Origin: Bugula neritina
Taxonomy: Eukaryota; Animalia; Bryozoa
Assembly (NCBI GenBank): GCA_964035545.1
Contig: OZ037772.1
Location: 1,240,001-1,304,000 of the forward strand
DNA: 64,000 nucleotides
Direction of reading: 5' to 3'
Shown: positions 43,901 to 58,959 of the stretch, one piece after another
Numbering within the stretch: the first letter of the stretch is position 1
Layout: the number at the start of each line of letters is the position of its first letter
The notes under the pieces: model-generated
What the model was told of the DNA's origin: nothing
What the model saw: only the letters and a program-made list of their open reading frames with translations
Database searches by the model: none
Position numbers and translations under genes: made by a program

Positions 43901-45502
43901 TATTATTATTTTTAATTATTATTATTATCACTATCAGTAGCAAATAAATAATTTTATATTTGTTATTAGTTACTACTTATAGAAATTGAGTGCCACAGCT
44001 TGAGGGTTATAAAGTCAGTCTTAGTCAATGTAATGGGGATGCTGATACTGACATTTGGCTTCGAGCTCATAGTTAAATTGCTAACAACTATACCTAAGGA
44101 TAACAGGAGTATTAAAATGTTAATTTATAAGGATTATAACCTTAGAGTGGAGATATTATTCTCAATTTATTTAGTTTTTACTTTACTAACTTTTATTTTA
44201 TTCATCAACCTTACTGTCTATTTAAATAGCAAACTAAAGAATAATTATGAAGGCCTTTGAATTGAAGTACTTTTCTGTAGCTGATTAGATTTCAAGTATT
44301 AAAATAACATACTAAGACAGAATACCATTATATGAGCTAGATTAATAAAGTAAAGAAGATTTCTTTGTTAATAAAAATATAGGTGTCACATATGCCTATT
44401 TTTAAGATTATGTTCTTATATGTGCTGTCTTTTTAATATTTTTAAAGTGCTACATTTTGAGGGTACATCAATATGACTGCCCTGTAATTGCTTGTCAACT
44501 ATAAGAGTTAGACCTATAAACTGTCTCATTTTCAAATTATCTTTACTTTTCTAATTGATGTTAACATGACTATTCCTATTAGTATTTTGGTGTTTACCAT
44601 TAGTAATGTTTGAACTAACATCAATATCATTGTTAATTTGTCTAATTATTCAAATTTTAATATTCATCATTTGTGAACAGTAATAAAATTTTGTCTTTTT
44701 TAAATTAATGTGATGCTAGATTAGCTACTCTAGCAAGTGTGTATTGTGCAATGAGTACTAATGCCATATTTTTGCACTTCTTGTTCTATATAATTTAGAT
44801 TTAAGGTAACAATTCCTAAAGCTATCACATAATGCTGCTATCAGTTATAAAGATGTCACTGATCCAAACATTGAAAACCAGCTGAGTGCATGCAAGGTTG
44901 AAAACTTATTTTCTCTGGTTAGGTAAGTAGAAAGGTATTTGCTGTAATTTACAACTATTTTGTTTTCAACATCCTTGATGTTCATCTCTAAAAGATAAGT
45001 AGCACATAATGGTACCTGTTTTACTTAGCAGAAGAAATTATTGTCAAAGCTCTATTACTACATTTTAAATTGTATGACACTCTTTTGACTACATTTGATT
45101 TCATATCTCAAATAATTATATTTCTGACTCATGAAACTGTAACCACACACTTGAGAACAAAATAAATAATGATATGGAAGCTTTCTTTAACTTTGTCAAT
45201 TTAGTCACCAGCCAATGACTGAAAACATGTTTTGTACACTATTGATTGCCTCTCTATTTCCGCTATAAGGCAGAAACTTTAATCTCAAAATTTAAGACAC
45301 TGGCAATTCTTCCCAATAATACGTTGTTCAAAACAAATATTTTTTGCCAAGTAATATAGTATTTAATTATATTTTTTAGTCAAAGAAATTTGTTTGGTTT
45401 CTTGTGTCATCTTGAATAGCTTGTTATTCATTATCTTTTTCTTCGTGTTATGACTATGAGTGTATATAACCTTTGCTGACAGGTTTTTCCCCCATCACTA
45501 TA

Positions 45503-48500
45503 TGTGACCTGGCACCACAAAACAAGGGATGTATATAAAATGTTGGATACCTAGTTATTACTATGGAGTGATAGAGCAGACTTTTTTGAACATTTTGCAC
45601 TTTATTTGAAGTCTCTAGCGTAAATAGAACTCGAGATATTAGTATTTAAAAACTTTAACGTTTTTAGAATTTCTAAATTACTGTTTCGAGAAAATCGCGT
45701 TTAAAGTTGGCAACTCTAGAATAATTTGAGAATTATTTGTTTACAATTTACAAGCCTTAGCAACGGGTCTTTGTATAATAGGAATAGTGACAAATTTGGT
45801 ATCAAAATAATTGTGAAAGTTTGGGCTTTCTGTTAAACTAAATTTCATGCTGCCTCAACATAAAATTAGGTCAAATATGGCCGCCAAACTTTTTGTCTAA
45901 TTTATTTGTCAATTTGCTTTTTACTTTGTTTAATGGTTGAAAGGTTTAACAATTCCAGCAAAGAAGATGTTTCAGCAAGTTTGTGTGTTGAGATATTTAA
46001 ATTAGGCATCTAAGTCAGCAGAAAATCATATAAAACAAAATGGCAGCTGCTTCCTCTTATACATTGAATACCTCCCTTTCCTCTAATATATTCTGTAATA
46101 TATCAAACTGCAGCTATTGAGCTGTGCTGTTTCATAATTATTGCTCTATGAGTAGAACACTTATGAGAAAATTATTTGACTATTATGAGATCACGCAAGG
46201 TTCATTCATAAATATCTTTATAATCTCTAACAGCAACGAAATTTAGCAATTGATTTGGCTGAGATATTGAAAATATTATAAACATAAAATCAGCTATTAG
46301 AACTTTTGAGTTTTATTAGGCATTAATATTCACATTTAAAACATCAAATACATTATTTTAAAAAACCAATTGAATGCAGTAAAAAATCCAACCTGGATAC
46401 AACCATTGTGCTTGAATTAACTCTTATCAAGAAAAGAAAATTAGATAGCTTCTACGGTTTTTGCAGAGAAGGCACTTATCATCTTTCTACTTTCTTGGTC
46501 TTCATAATATGAGTTTACGGAGTATGGACACATAACATCATGTATGTGGCAAAAGCTTCATCACTATCATCAGCTGATTTTCTAGCAATTATAGATGCTG
46601 CTACTTGACCTCCATCCTGCAAATCTACCCACTTATTGTCTATTCCAGAGCTGAAAGTACAATGTTGACTTTTTTTAAATAACAAAAGGAAACGGTAGCT
46701 TGATTAGAAATTATACCCAGTTATATTATAAAAATTTAGTTGGCTAAACACTCTTGTAGTACTATTATGGCAGTAGTTAATTGTGATCCTGCATTTCATC
46801 AACGTTTAAATTTATTGAATTAAAAAGAACAATTTAAATTAAAAAAATGCTTGATAATTTTCAAGCACATCATTAAAAGACTGCAAACCTTTTTATAAAT
46901 GAAATAAGCAGAAGCCATAACCTTGCAAGTCAAAATTCGGAGTGTCTACATTAGAAGTATTAGATTGATAGGTAGTAGAGTTGTGTAGGTATAAGTCTTC
47001 ACTCTAATGCCCTCACAAGTGCACTTTTTGAAATGTACAGAATATCGGATTATTCTATATTAACCCTTACGCGATCAATGGACCATATATGTCCCTGAAA
47101 GCGACACTATCCACAGATCAATGGACCATATATGGTCTTTTAGGTAAACAAACAATATCGCTTACTTTAAACTTCCAGTTTTCAACCGAAAAGCCTAAAA
47201 CTTTTTGTAATTGAGGTTGATAGAGCAGCTTAGTAATTTTGGAATAATTAGAGCCATTAAATTTGGTTAAATTAATAGCTACCAAGCCAGCTAGTTGCTT
47301 TTCAATTTAATCCCTAAATTTCAAAATTGTCGGTAAATTTTAACGCTACTTTCAAATGCATGAAACTGCTGTCAAATTATAGAGAGCCAGTTTATTTTAT
47401 TCAGATTACATTGAGAAGAACATCTAAATAAACAGAAATGTTAAATTCACTATATTTTGAATCATATTATAAATTAATTTTATCATTTTGAATTTTCAAT
47501 TTTAAAATAGCGGTTTTGAGAGGCAAATTAAAATGACTGGTTTTAGCTAGAATTGAGGTCTCCCGTCACTTTAAAAAGCTTTTTATAAAAGAAAATACTC
47601 TTAAAATTATATTACCCAGTTTAATTAGGGCCAAAATCAAGTGTAACTTTTTATTAATGAAATTGAAAGTTATGCAAAATTTGTTAGCAAATTTCGCGAT
47701 AAACTTAAACGAAGCTTGAAATTACGTAACTTCAAAGTTGATCGCCAAAGGGTTAACATAGTATCAGTAAAATTTACACATTATGCACTTGAATATCTAG
47801 CATATCTGCAATTGGCAATTTTGAAGCAATGTCTTTAGATAACTATTAACCACTCAGGCATTTAATTGAGTAAAAAAGCTAGCTAAGTGCAACTGAATCT
47901 ATTAGAGACATTTACTATAAAATCAATTTGAATTCAATGAATTACTTTAAAATATGAATACATTTTTGCTCATCTTATAATAAAATTAAAAAGTTTAGAC
48001 TATTTATGCATTCAGTTAGTGTTACTACTCACTAAATAAGACTAAAAGTAACTTACTGAAAAACTAAGTCAGTCAACTATAGAATCATCATGAACTCGCA
48101 TTAATATTTCATCATTATAATCATTTACATTTAGTCACATTTATCATTTCAATTTGGTTATAGGTGATGCTTTTATCAATATAAATATGATTATCAATTG
48201 GGTTTTGATAGTAACACTAACTGTAAGCCTGCATAATGTGATAAAGATTTTATCATTATATTTTAAATCAAACTTTGAGCTAATTTAAAAATCACAAAAG
48301 GAACCGGTAGTTTGACTAGTACTAGTTGGCCTAATGTTAATACTAATAGTAATAGTAATCAGTAACTGTATTGACAAAATCTAAGACAGAGGCTACAAGT
48401 TACTAAGAGTAAGAGTAAGTCTAATGTAAATTGTAATATCAACTACAGAATAAATCAATAAATATAATACTATCAGTATGAGTATCAAGTTTTAATAGCA

Positions 48501-49458
48501 AAGGCAAAACTCAGAGTCAGACCCAAATACTAATACAGTAATACTAATAAGTAATAAGTAATAGTAATACTAATACTAATAGTAATAGTAATAGTGAATT
48601 TATAATTATTAATTACTTATACTTATAGTTATACTATTAGTATTAATAATAATGAGTTACATTTGGTTTTACTACCAAATACCAGTATCAGTAAATCATG
48701 AATAATAGTCATTATGATTATCATTATGAGTAACCGTACCTCAAACTGTGAGTCATAGTGAAAGTCATTTAAATAGTTACTAGTAGTAGTATAGAATAGA
48801 ATAGACTAAGACATACTGATACTCCTACTCCTAGTCACTAGGCTAGTGATAGTATAAATATTATTAAATTGATAACTACAAATAATCCTGGCAACAATTC
48901 TAAGTTAGTAGCGTAAATGATTGTTTTGAGTATAATTACCTGTATTGTTGTGGTTTTCAAGCTTGAACGCTAAAAATAAAGATTAAGTTCAGCATTTATC
49001 ACCAAAGGGCAAAACAGCTCAGTAACTTAAAAGCTAACTTTGGATGGAACACGGTGAAAAACTAAAACTAGCCTTCGATTTTAAATATGATGCTTCTGAC
49101 AGTACGAAGAAAGAGGTGTAAGCTAAATTCATTTGATAAAAAATAAATTTGCAAGATCTCATGCTATTAAAGTGACTAAAATTGTCTTCTTTCTTTAATC
49201 GATAACTTCGCAATTTTTTCATCATTTAAAAAATTGAAAGCCTTAGTTACCAACTTTAAACGCAATTTTAGAGCTGAATGAATCATCAAATGCTTACGAA
49301 AGTATGATTTTTGAAATCCTTAGATTCTTTTGCATTAGAAAAGTCTAAAATCTAAAAATTGGAAATTAATTTCAAATTTAAGTATTTCCAAATTAAACCT
49401 TCATTTACTACACTTAATAAACGCCGCCACATCCCCGGTTTTGTCGCGACTGGTCACA
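45503..49458. mobile_element. DNA-transposon-like element with TGTGACC termini at a TA site; superfamily unassigned
   Basis: Left TGTGACCTGGCACCACAAAACAAGGGATGT versus reverse-complemented right TGTGACCAGTCGCGACAAAACCGGGGATGT; flanked by TA on both sides. Confidence 0.7.
47064..47752. mobile_element. Non-autonomous piggyBac element (689 bp)
   Basis: TTAA at 47060-47063 and 47753-47756. TIRs CCCTTACGCGATCAA and CCCTTTGGCGATCAA. Subterminal repeat gatcaatggaccatatatg occurs twice. Confidence 0.88.
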
Positions 49459-52400
49459 TATGTTTCTCTGTTTACTCTCTAACAGTTTTATTTCCGTTCA
49501 TTTTTTAGAGTTTACTAAAATGACATGGGTGTGCTTTGTTGTGGCTCCTAATTGAGCGCATCCGTTGAGATTATTGGAAGTTTTGTTGAAACTGAGCTGA
49601 GGCCTCTTACTCCTAAAGGCAAGAATTTGAGTCATCTTAGCTACTTGTAGCATATCAACATCGAACAGCACCATTCCACTACTCTAAGCTTAAGGTTTTG
49701 GCTGCATTAGATCAACAGGTAAGTTTAATAGTTTGTATTTCGTACACTATTTCATGATGTCTGTTCAGCATTTACTTAGTAGCACACATTTATAGATTTT
49801 GCATTCTTTTAGTTTTTTGCAGTACAACTTTTCCACGCAACTATTACACTGTTGTTGCTGTTAATTGTGGTTTATTCTGCTTGACCATGCAATTATTGAA
49901 TTATGTTGCAAAGGTGATTGAGTCCTTTTATTTAATTTAGTACACACTGGAAATCTGCAGTTTTTAGCCATTTTTACAATTTAGCTGCTAATGAACAATG
50001 CTTTTTGCTTAAAATTAGTGAGACATCAAGAAATACACCTAAATAATCAAGGTTCTTCTTAATTTTGCATGATTTCTCATGTTTTTTCCTATTTATTCAT
50101 TTCATTTGGATTGCCTACTGTTACAAACTAACCGTGGCGATCCCCAGTCAGAAGTTGCTGTAATTAGAAAAAAGCATAGGAAATCAAAGAAAATTAAAAA
50201 GAGCCTTGATTATTTAGGTGTATTTATTGATATTTTTTTAGTTTCGGGCCAAAACTCATGTTCATTAGCAAAAACTTGAGATCTTCAGTATGTACTAACT
50301 TAAATAAAATGAACCAATTGCAGTAAATTTCTGCATTTTCTAATACTTCTCAAATGTACACCTAAAATAGTGTTGTCTTAAGAAAATGACACTAGCTGCT
50401 GTTTTCATGTATGTGCCCCAATTGTATATAATGCTGTTGATTTGTTTAGTTCTTTTTCTATTTGTTTGTTATATAACTTTTCTTTTATGGTTGTTGCCAG
50501 CACCTAAAGCATTATTCATTAGTGTCAATTAATTTCTACTCACAGTTTTACTGTTACATAGTTTATAAAGCCCTTGTGTCAACTTTTCTAGATATCCTGG
50601 TTAAAATTGTTCCACTTGATGAATGTCATAGGGCATATGCAATAGCAAAACAGTTGCAGGCTGTTTTGGAAAAAAAATTGTGCATATAATCTTTATTTTA
50701 TACATGTTATTTAGGCTTTGGTAGAACTGTTGGAGAGCCTTTCTCTTGAATAAAGCTACTCAACTTCCCGGATTCTACTTTATTGACATTAACCCACTAC
50801 CTACAACACGCCTTGAAATTTAGCTAATAAATTATGTATTTTGTGAGTTTTTTTAAATGTACAATGTTATGTATAAATTACAATCAGTTTATATATATAT
50901 ACATGTCTTTTGCTACTTAGTATTACAGTGTAAAAAGCATTTCAGGGTTAACAATTTAATTAATTGGCCCTAACAGTAATTATGTATAATACAGATTTGC
51001 AGATGCTTTAAATGAACCCAAAAAGCTGATGTTGTTAAACAGTGTACAAAATAGTCACCTCATATCAGCCAGACATGCTTAGTCATTACCTAGCATTAAA
51101 ATCATATTATGAATGCAGTCAAGTTTTGATATGCATCCCTATTATTGATAGTTTGTGAACCAGCAATTAAATATCAAGAAGCAATATTACTAACCAATGT
51201 GCTGGTTAAAGAGTTTCAAGTTGTAGTTATAGTATCAAACTATTATAATGGCATAAAAACTATCAGTTAAAACATCTTATTAATATTTACTACAGGAATA
51301 CATATTATAGGTGTGCTAAAAATCTGGTAGAAGCATCAATTATTTTAGATGTTTTGGATTTAGTATCTCTGTACTATAATGTAATATACAGAACATCAGG
51401 TGCTGTCTCCACAGTGCATTGATGGCACTAATGAATATTAATACATGCAGGCAGTGTTGGTAATGATTTATTGAAATAGGAGTTTAAAAACTGTTTAAAC
51501 AACAACGAAAAGCCTGAGATTAGTCCAAGGAGAGGGGTATTTCAAGCTAGCAGATGAGCAATATAGATGCGAAAGTCTTGCCTAAAAATCATTATTGTTA
51601 TATCTAGTCATTAATTTCTTGCAATAGATCTATTTCACTATTGAGAAGAACAAAATTAGCTAGTAAACAGTGTAATAGAGTCAAGGCACTTTGGCAGTGC
51701 TAGTTTAAAATAAACCTGGGATAGTCGAATAGCAGAAGTACTTTTTGATGCATAATATAATTATGTACAGCTTAAGATTTTGCAATACTGTGTTTTCAGT
51801 GAGAATTAATTTCAATAGCTACATTAAAATAATGTATGCAGTGATGCAAGTGATGCAAAATCTTCTAAGATGCTATGACTGTAGCAGTTTGCTACTATAG
51901 TCTCAAGTAACAAACCAAATAGCCTTTCTTTGTGCCACCATCCAAATGCCAAACAAATAACTCATTCACTCTGTAACAACAAGGTGGTCTCCCAAGTAGA
52001 TTGTTAGACATTTCAGGCATTAATAACCAAAGGCTTTTCACTTTGGCATAATTGTATAGTTACCCAGCTAAATAAATAATGTATTCATGGTATTGTAATT
52101 CCAAGCCATGCATTTATCTGTGAATGCAGCTAAGTATTTAATACGGCCTTACATTTATGTACTATGTAGCAATGCCTAATGTAGCTGTCAAGCTTCTACT
52201 TATACTCATTTTACTGATGCTTTACTTCTGATTACATGATTACAAACATAGCAGTTCAAACAAAATTATTTTAGATAGGAATAAATATAATGCTCCTAGC
52301 AAATGTTGTAAAACTATTTTCCAAAAACATATACTTTGCAAACAAACTTTTCAGAAAGTTATAATGCATTTATCATATTATTGTTTCATTTAAAAGTTAT

Positions 52401-54862
52401 AATGATAGAATATTATACTTAAAACACACCCAAATCTTTAGATTTTTGTAATACTGTTAAACAAGAGTTAACAGTAAGATTGGCTGTAGAGTAGAATGTT
52501 TAGCTCTTTGTACTGAAGCTAACAAGTAACTGGCATTAAAAAGAGATGTAGATAAAAAGTGACAGAATAACAACTGGCTTGTATATTGGTAGTGCAAAAA
52601 GCTGTATATAACAGTTTAAACAAATACCCATTAGAATAAATGGTAACCCAGTACTTAAAATGTGGTATGTCATAATACATATTTGTGGTGTATTAACTAG
52701 GCTAGATCAACACATAGCACTATATAATTGCTTTAGTATTTACAATTAGTTTGTGGTCTGGTGGGATTTGTTGATAGCCATTGTCTTTATTAACATAACA
52801 GTTTCATAAAATTAGCAGTTTTCCTTATTCACCTAGTTAATTTTTAAGATTTATGTACAATATTTACATATTAGGATATAAAAAATATCTTCAACCAGTG
52901 AATATCAAAATAATGATTAAAGACATATTTTATGTCATATTCTTGTGGCAATCTAAATAATAAGCTGGTCTAAATTGTACTTGTGCAAACAGAACCAGCT
53001 CATGAATATATGTTGTCTTTTTTTAACTTGACAGTTAATCTAATATGGATGTGTATTTTATACTTGCTTTTGTGTTTAAGGTGATAAAATTGCACTGGTA
53101 AGGTAAATAAACATTGCTTGTTTGGCATGCTTTTGCGTGGCATTGCATATTATGCTAAACTAATGGCCAGTTTTGCAGTAGCTTCACCATAACCTTCAAA
53201 AGAATGCAAATATCATCTAATTATTGTAAGCTTTTTAAGTTAACTTGACTAGCTATAAACACATGTAAAACTATTAGGCTATTCCAATTTCACGATATAC
53301 ATAGCTCTATAATTCTGAAAAACTGCTAGGTAGAGTGGAAATTAAACATGATCTATTCATTGCTAAAGTATTACAGCTATGAATAATATATATGTGATTA
53401 CCTGAGTGATATCACAATCTTCACTTGCTAAGTTAGTTTAAATACAGGAAAAAAATTAATCTGGGGAAAGATTATATATGAGAAGCTGTTTTTGTAATAA
53501 TTCCCGGCTCTAGGGTGGTTTAGAAGAATTGTTTTAAAGCAAAACTTTTGCATACATGAGTTGAATAAAATCATTGAGAGTTTTATGAAGGTCTATTTGT
53601 GTATAGGTAGCCCTATGTCACAACTCAAGTTTTTAGATTTTATGTAATTTGTGGTGCAAAGTTGCAAATAAAAACCTTATTTTAATAATACTTAGACATA
53701 TGCAAGCAATAAAGATAATGAAAAAAATGCTATAGTTGCTAATTAGCTAATATTACTTGCATATGATGCAAATATTTGTATGCATGCATGTTTAGTTTAT
53801 TAGCATTGGTTAGATATAATTGAACATATAGATTTGATGTGGAAATTGAAGAAAATCAATATGTTGTGTTCTATATACAACAACAGTTTTTACATTGGTT
53901 TGTTAATTACTTCATAAATCATTTATTACTTCATGCAATATTTGTTCCTGCAACTTTGCAGAGTGGCAAAATGCATTTCAAAGACATATATTAAGTGATT
54001 TTAATTATACTAGAATTTTCAAACTAAGAATTTTTGGGGAGTTTTCTTCTTCCTAAGACATATGTGGCAATTGAACACATGATAAGTGGTGGGCCACAAC
54101 TCCTTTATACAACCTTGCAAGAAATTATGCAGCCATTTAAATAGAAAAGGAATTATTGAATTTATTTATTCAACATTATTAGTATTTTATAAATATTTGT
54201 TGCATTTAATTAATGAGCATAAAATTTGTCTTACAAATACTGTAATTAACAGCATGGTAAAAATATATTATATATACTGGAATATATTTTGTATTGTATT
54301 AGATTTAGGCTACATTTCTAATTAAAATGAGTTAATGGCTAAGTTTAAATATCTTCGACTTATAGATTACATTTTTATGTGCTATAAAAATTTAACTCGT
54401 TTGTTACGACATTTCTCCATGCATAAAAGCAAAACCTACGGCAAGAAATCCTTACCTAGAAAGATAAATAATAATTTACTTTAATTACATCAAAAGCTAA
54501 TATCAGCAAGCATTCTATAAATAATGGTAATTTACCTAGTGTAATTTTTCTTAAACTAGCTAAGCTTGCTTGGTACTTTAATAAGTTTATTGGCATGGTG
54601 TATTATGTTATACTTATATATTTTTAAGGCTTTAAGGAAAATGATGTTTTAGCTGTGTTATTCCTAATGCAAGCCTTATAAATTTACAATATATTATACT
54701 AAAATATTATGTTTGTAATAAGAAAGAAAACAAATTACTTTCATAAACTTATAATTATTGCATTCTGTTATTGTTAATGCTAGAATAACAAATTGAACAC
54801 GGCATATGCTTCCCTAACCAGATGCTTTTAAACGGATTAAAAATAATTTGTCAATTTCTAAT

Positions 54863-55880
54863 AGACCATGTAAAACTCAGCCAATCAGCGAAGTGTACCA
54901 GGTCAATGTCTTACCATTGTAACTGATATAAAATTCTGCAAGTTCAATTGCAAAATGCATGCTTCTAAAAGCTAGTTGTGCAACTTTTTTTTCATGCATT
55001 ATTTAATTTCATATCTTAAATTGATGACTCTTGAAATGATTTTTTAAAATGTCTAAATTAAGTGTTTATAAAACGCAATTAAAAATTGCATGTCTAGAAA
55101 AATGACCTGGTACACTTTTGCAACTTAAAGCCAATTATTACATAACTGCCAGCTTAGTAGTTATTTGTTGTTGCAGCTTGAATGGGTTATTGTTTAGCAT
55201 TGGAAGCTTGCAGTAAACATCTGTGAATTTGGTACATGACTTTGATTGGCTGGTTTTTGAATGGCCCTTTAGTATATGCATCTGGATGGCTGGGTAGTGT
55301 GGACTCCGCCTACATCTAGCTAATGTACAGTAGCCAATCCACAGTAGTATTACAAAATTTCTGTTTAACAAATGAAATATTCTGGTCATTTGTTTTGTAC
55401 TTTACAATCGTAAATATTCTATTCAACTAGAATTTTATTGTATGTAAGCCATGGGAACTACTAAGAGGTTAAATCAACCACCCATGCTGGTAATATTGTT
55501 GCTCGCAGTAATAGCAAGTCCACACCATATAAATATACACATAAGCTATTATGTGCAGCTTATGAATGCTGAAGTGACCCCATTTCTTACTTTCAATTTG
55601 AAAAAATTGATAGTAGTCAGTTTCTGCAGCAGTCAACTGCATCCACAATAAACAACGTAAGCTTTCAAATAAACTATAAATATATGAAATATTAGTGTGG
55701 AAACAATGTAATTTATTCATTGCTATGATGAAAAATTACAAGAATATTATATAAAAGCTAGATATAGATTTCTATAAAATGGCACAGGTAAAAATAACAC
55801 ATTTTTACTTCAAATTCTAAATTTCATCAGTCACCAATGGTGGCTGTAGATTACAGAGAGCACAGCAAACTATCATAATC
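54863..55880. repeat. Left arm of ~1-kb inverted repeat (partner 57885-58959)
   Basis: Near-identical reverse complement of the right arm; this arm has a 57-bp deletion near 55609. Confidence 0.95.
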
Positions 55881-57884
55881 TTGTCTAATAGAGGTGCCAA
55901 CACCAAGTTCACACCTCCAGGACCATTTAAAATATTGAACTCCTTTATTCTTTTGATTGCTCTTTCGACATGGATTCGAAGGTTAGCAATCAACTTTGTT
56001 TGCAGTAACTGCATTTTAGTCATTTGCAAATGGCCTCTTTTCCCAGGTGGTATGGCCAACTTGGCTCCAGCACCTATAAGTTCTTCTTCAATAAGAAAGC
56101 CTCTATCTGCCATGACCACATCATCTGGGTTTATGAAGTCTAAGAACCCAGAGTCATTCACTACACACTTGTCTGAGGCTTTACCTCCCATTCCATGTGA
56201 AATAAAGCAGATAGTGCCCCTGGGTGTAATTGCAACCAAATACTTGATGGTGTTGATATTTTTATACTTACTCCATGTTAAATATTGAGCCAGCTTTGAT
56301 TGAGGCTTGCAAATGAATATTTCTGTGCAGTCTATAATGCACCTAATGTTAGCATATTGGCTTTGAAAGCTCAGAGGGATGTTCAGCTTCTCTCTTGTTG
56401 GAAAAACTATTAGATTGTTCAGTTCTCTTGCTAAAATATCTAATGTGTTTTTGAAGGTTTTGCTTGCTAGCAATCTAGAGATATAAAAAAGGCCAGCAAG
56501 TATTTGAAACTGTAAACCTTGACGCAGTTTCATCAAAGCCAATAAAAGTTTATCTTGTCTTGTTAACTTTTTTCTGAGAGTGAGAACTTTCATCTTCAGA
56601 CATATAAATCTAAATATAGTAAATAAAGAATGAAAATTAAATTATGATTCAAATTATAATGTATGTGCTAAATAAATTTTGTGCTCAGTTTGTATTCATT
56701 CAGCAGTTTTTACCCTCTGGTAAGTAGCTTCAGTTATATTTTGCAACAACTATGAAGTTCAAGAACTGCTAGCTGAAGGCTTGACCCAATATATCACCAT
56801 TCAAACAGAATGTAATGTGTCAACATGTGTTACGTAATGCTGTAACAGTACATAATAAGCTAGTTGTATGAATACATGCTTTGAATGAAGTCATGAGTTT
56901 AAACAAATAGTGTTGACAAACAATTATTACTTCATTTTATAATTATACTATAACTAATTCAAACCCATATTATTTTTAGAATAGCATTTAATAATGTTTG
57001 TGAATAAGTGAAACTAGTAACAAGTGTAAACCATTTTAGTTTTAAACACTGAGTTAGTTTCAGCTAAAAATTAGATTAGAAGGCCACTTTTGATAAGCTT
57101 TAAAATAACCAAGGAAAATTTAAGTCAAAACAATTTACTTTTCCTGGAGAAAGTGAGTCAATTTATCCACAAATAAAAGACTGCTGCTTGTTTAAATAAA
57201 ACCCTAAACTAAATAAGTCAAAGCATACAGATGACCACTGTGGTATTTATGAATATCTTACATAAAACAACATCTTTAATAAAAAATGTATGAATGATGC
57301 ACTCACACTGCAACAAATTTAATTAAAATGACAGTTTTACTACACATCAAATTTAATCAATGTAGAAATTTTAGCATAGTGAGACTTGCATTGTTTATTT
57401 GTAATAAACCATAGTCTATCTTTGCAACAAGAAAATCATAATTTTCACCTTGCTAAAAAATAGTATAGAGAACGTGTAGGTATTCCAGTATAGAATTTAG
57501 TTTGCTTATCTGTAGTGGTGAAAGTTTTAAAAACTTTTACTTTTTCAATAGTTGCTTTTTGTTTAAACGTGGAACTTTTTGAGCCTTTTCTTCCAACTTT
57601 TGATTTTCGTCTATCAATAGAATGTGCAGATCTTTTTTTCTGAGTAGTTGATGATTCTGGTAACTCGGTTACTTCTGATAAAGTCTGACTATGAGGCTGG
57701 CTGTCAGATGAGTTCTGTTGCTCTATATCAGCTGACTCTGTTGAAGACGTTTTCTGTTCGCTTCCTTCACATGTTTCATTAAAACCACTGTTTTTTGTGC
57801 GTCTTACATTATATGCTTTAGTGTGTTGGTAGCCCAAATGAAAGGTTGGAGTTGGATTTTGCTCAGTGGGCTGACCATCCTTAT
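55817..57884 (-). pseudogene. ISL2EU transposase, 5'-truncated: join(57884-57449, 56609-55817)
   Basis: THAP-end-like motif DGQPTEQNPTPTFHLGY; phase-2 GT-AG intron at 57448-56610; IIDCTE, YKNINTIKYL, MADRGF and RIHVERAI motifs. Confidence 0.88.
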
Positions 57885-58959
57885 GATTATGATAGTCTGC
57901 TGTGCTCTCTGTAATCTACAGCCACCATTGGTGACTGATGAAATTTAGAATTTGAAGTAAAAATGTGTTATTTTTACCTGAGCCATTTTATAGAAATCTA
58001 TATCTAGCTTTTATATAATATTCTTGTAATTTTTCATCATAGCAATGAATAAATTACATTGTTTCCACACTAATATTTCATATATTTATAGTTTATTTGA
58101 AAGCTTACGTTGTTTATTGTGGATGCAGTTGACTGCTGCAGAAACTGACTACTATTTTCGAAATTTAAAAGGAAAACAAATTCTTGGTGCAGCAGTGGCA
58201 GAATATGTAATACAATTTTTTCAAATTGAAAGTAAGAAATGGGGTCACTTCAGCATTCATAAGCTGCACATAATAGCTTATGTGTATATTTATATGGTGT
58301 GGACTTGCTATTACTGCGAGCAACAATATTACCAGCATGGGTGGTTGATTTAACCTCTTAGTAGTTCCCATGGCTTACATACAATAAAATTCTAGTTGAA
58401 TAGAATATTTACGATTGTAAAGTACAAAACAAATGACCAGAATATTTCATTTGTTAAACAGAAATTTTGTAATACTACTGTGGATTGGCTACTGTACATT
58501 AGCTAGATGTAGGCGGAGTCCACACTACCCAGCCATCCAGATGCATATACTAAAGGGCCATTCAAAAACCAGCCAATCAAAGTCATGTACCAAATTCACA
58601 GATGTTTACTGCAAGCTTCCAATGCTAAACAATAACCCATTCAAGCTGCAACAACAAATAACTACTAAGCTGGCAGTTATGTAATAATTGGCTTTAAGTT
58701 GCAAAAGTGTACCAGGTCATTTTTCTAGACATGCAATTTTTAATTGCGTTTTATAAACACTTAATTTAGACATTTTAAAAAATCATTTCAAGAGTCATCA
58801 ATTTAAGATATGAAATTAAATAATGCATGAAAAAAAAGTTGCACAACTAGCTTTTAGAAGCATGCATTTTGCAATTGAACTTGCAGAATTTTATATCAGT
58901 TACAATGGTAAGACATTGACCTGGTACACTTCGCTGATTGGCTGAGTTTTACATGGTCT
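57885..58959. repeat. Right arm of the inverted repeat (copy of the last transposase codons and the 3' end)
   Basis: Starts gattatgatagt and encodes IMIVCCALCNLQPPLVTDEI* on the plus strand. Confidence 0.95.

Larger units (their letters stand above)
54863..58959 (-). mobile_element. ISL2EU (PIF/Harbinger-group) DNA transposon with two 3' ends
   Basis: AGACC...GGTCT termini. The AT TSD is shown by the empty site in the paralogue (ctaATtatg, ~11419). Encodes a DDE_Tnp_4-type transposase. Confidence 0.9.

Noticed and set aside
55138-55720. Short ORFs in the ISL2EU arms as the YqaJ-like second gene
   Set aside because: No convincing exonuclease motifs; their duplication simply reflects the inverted repeat.
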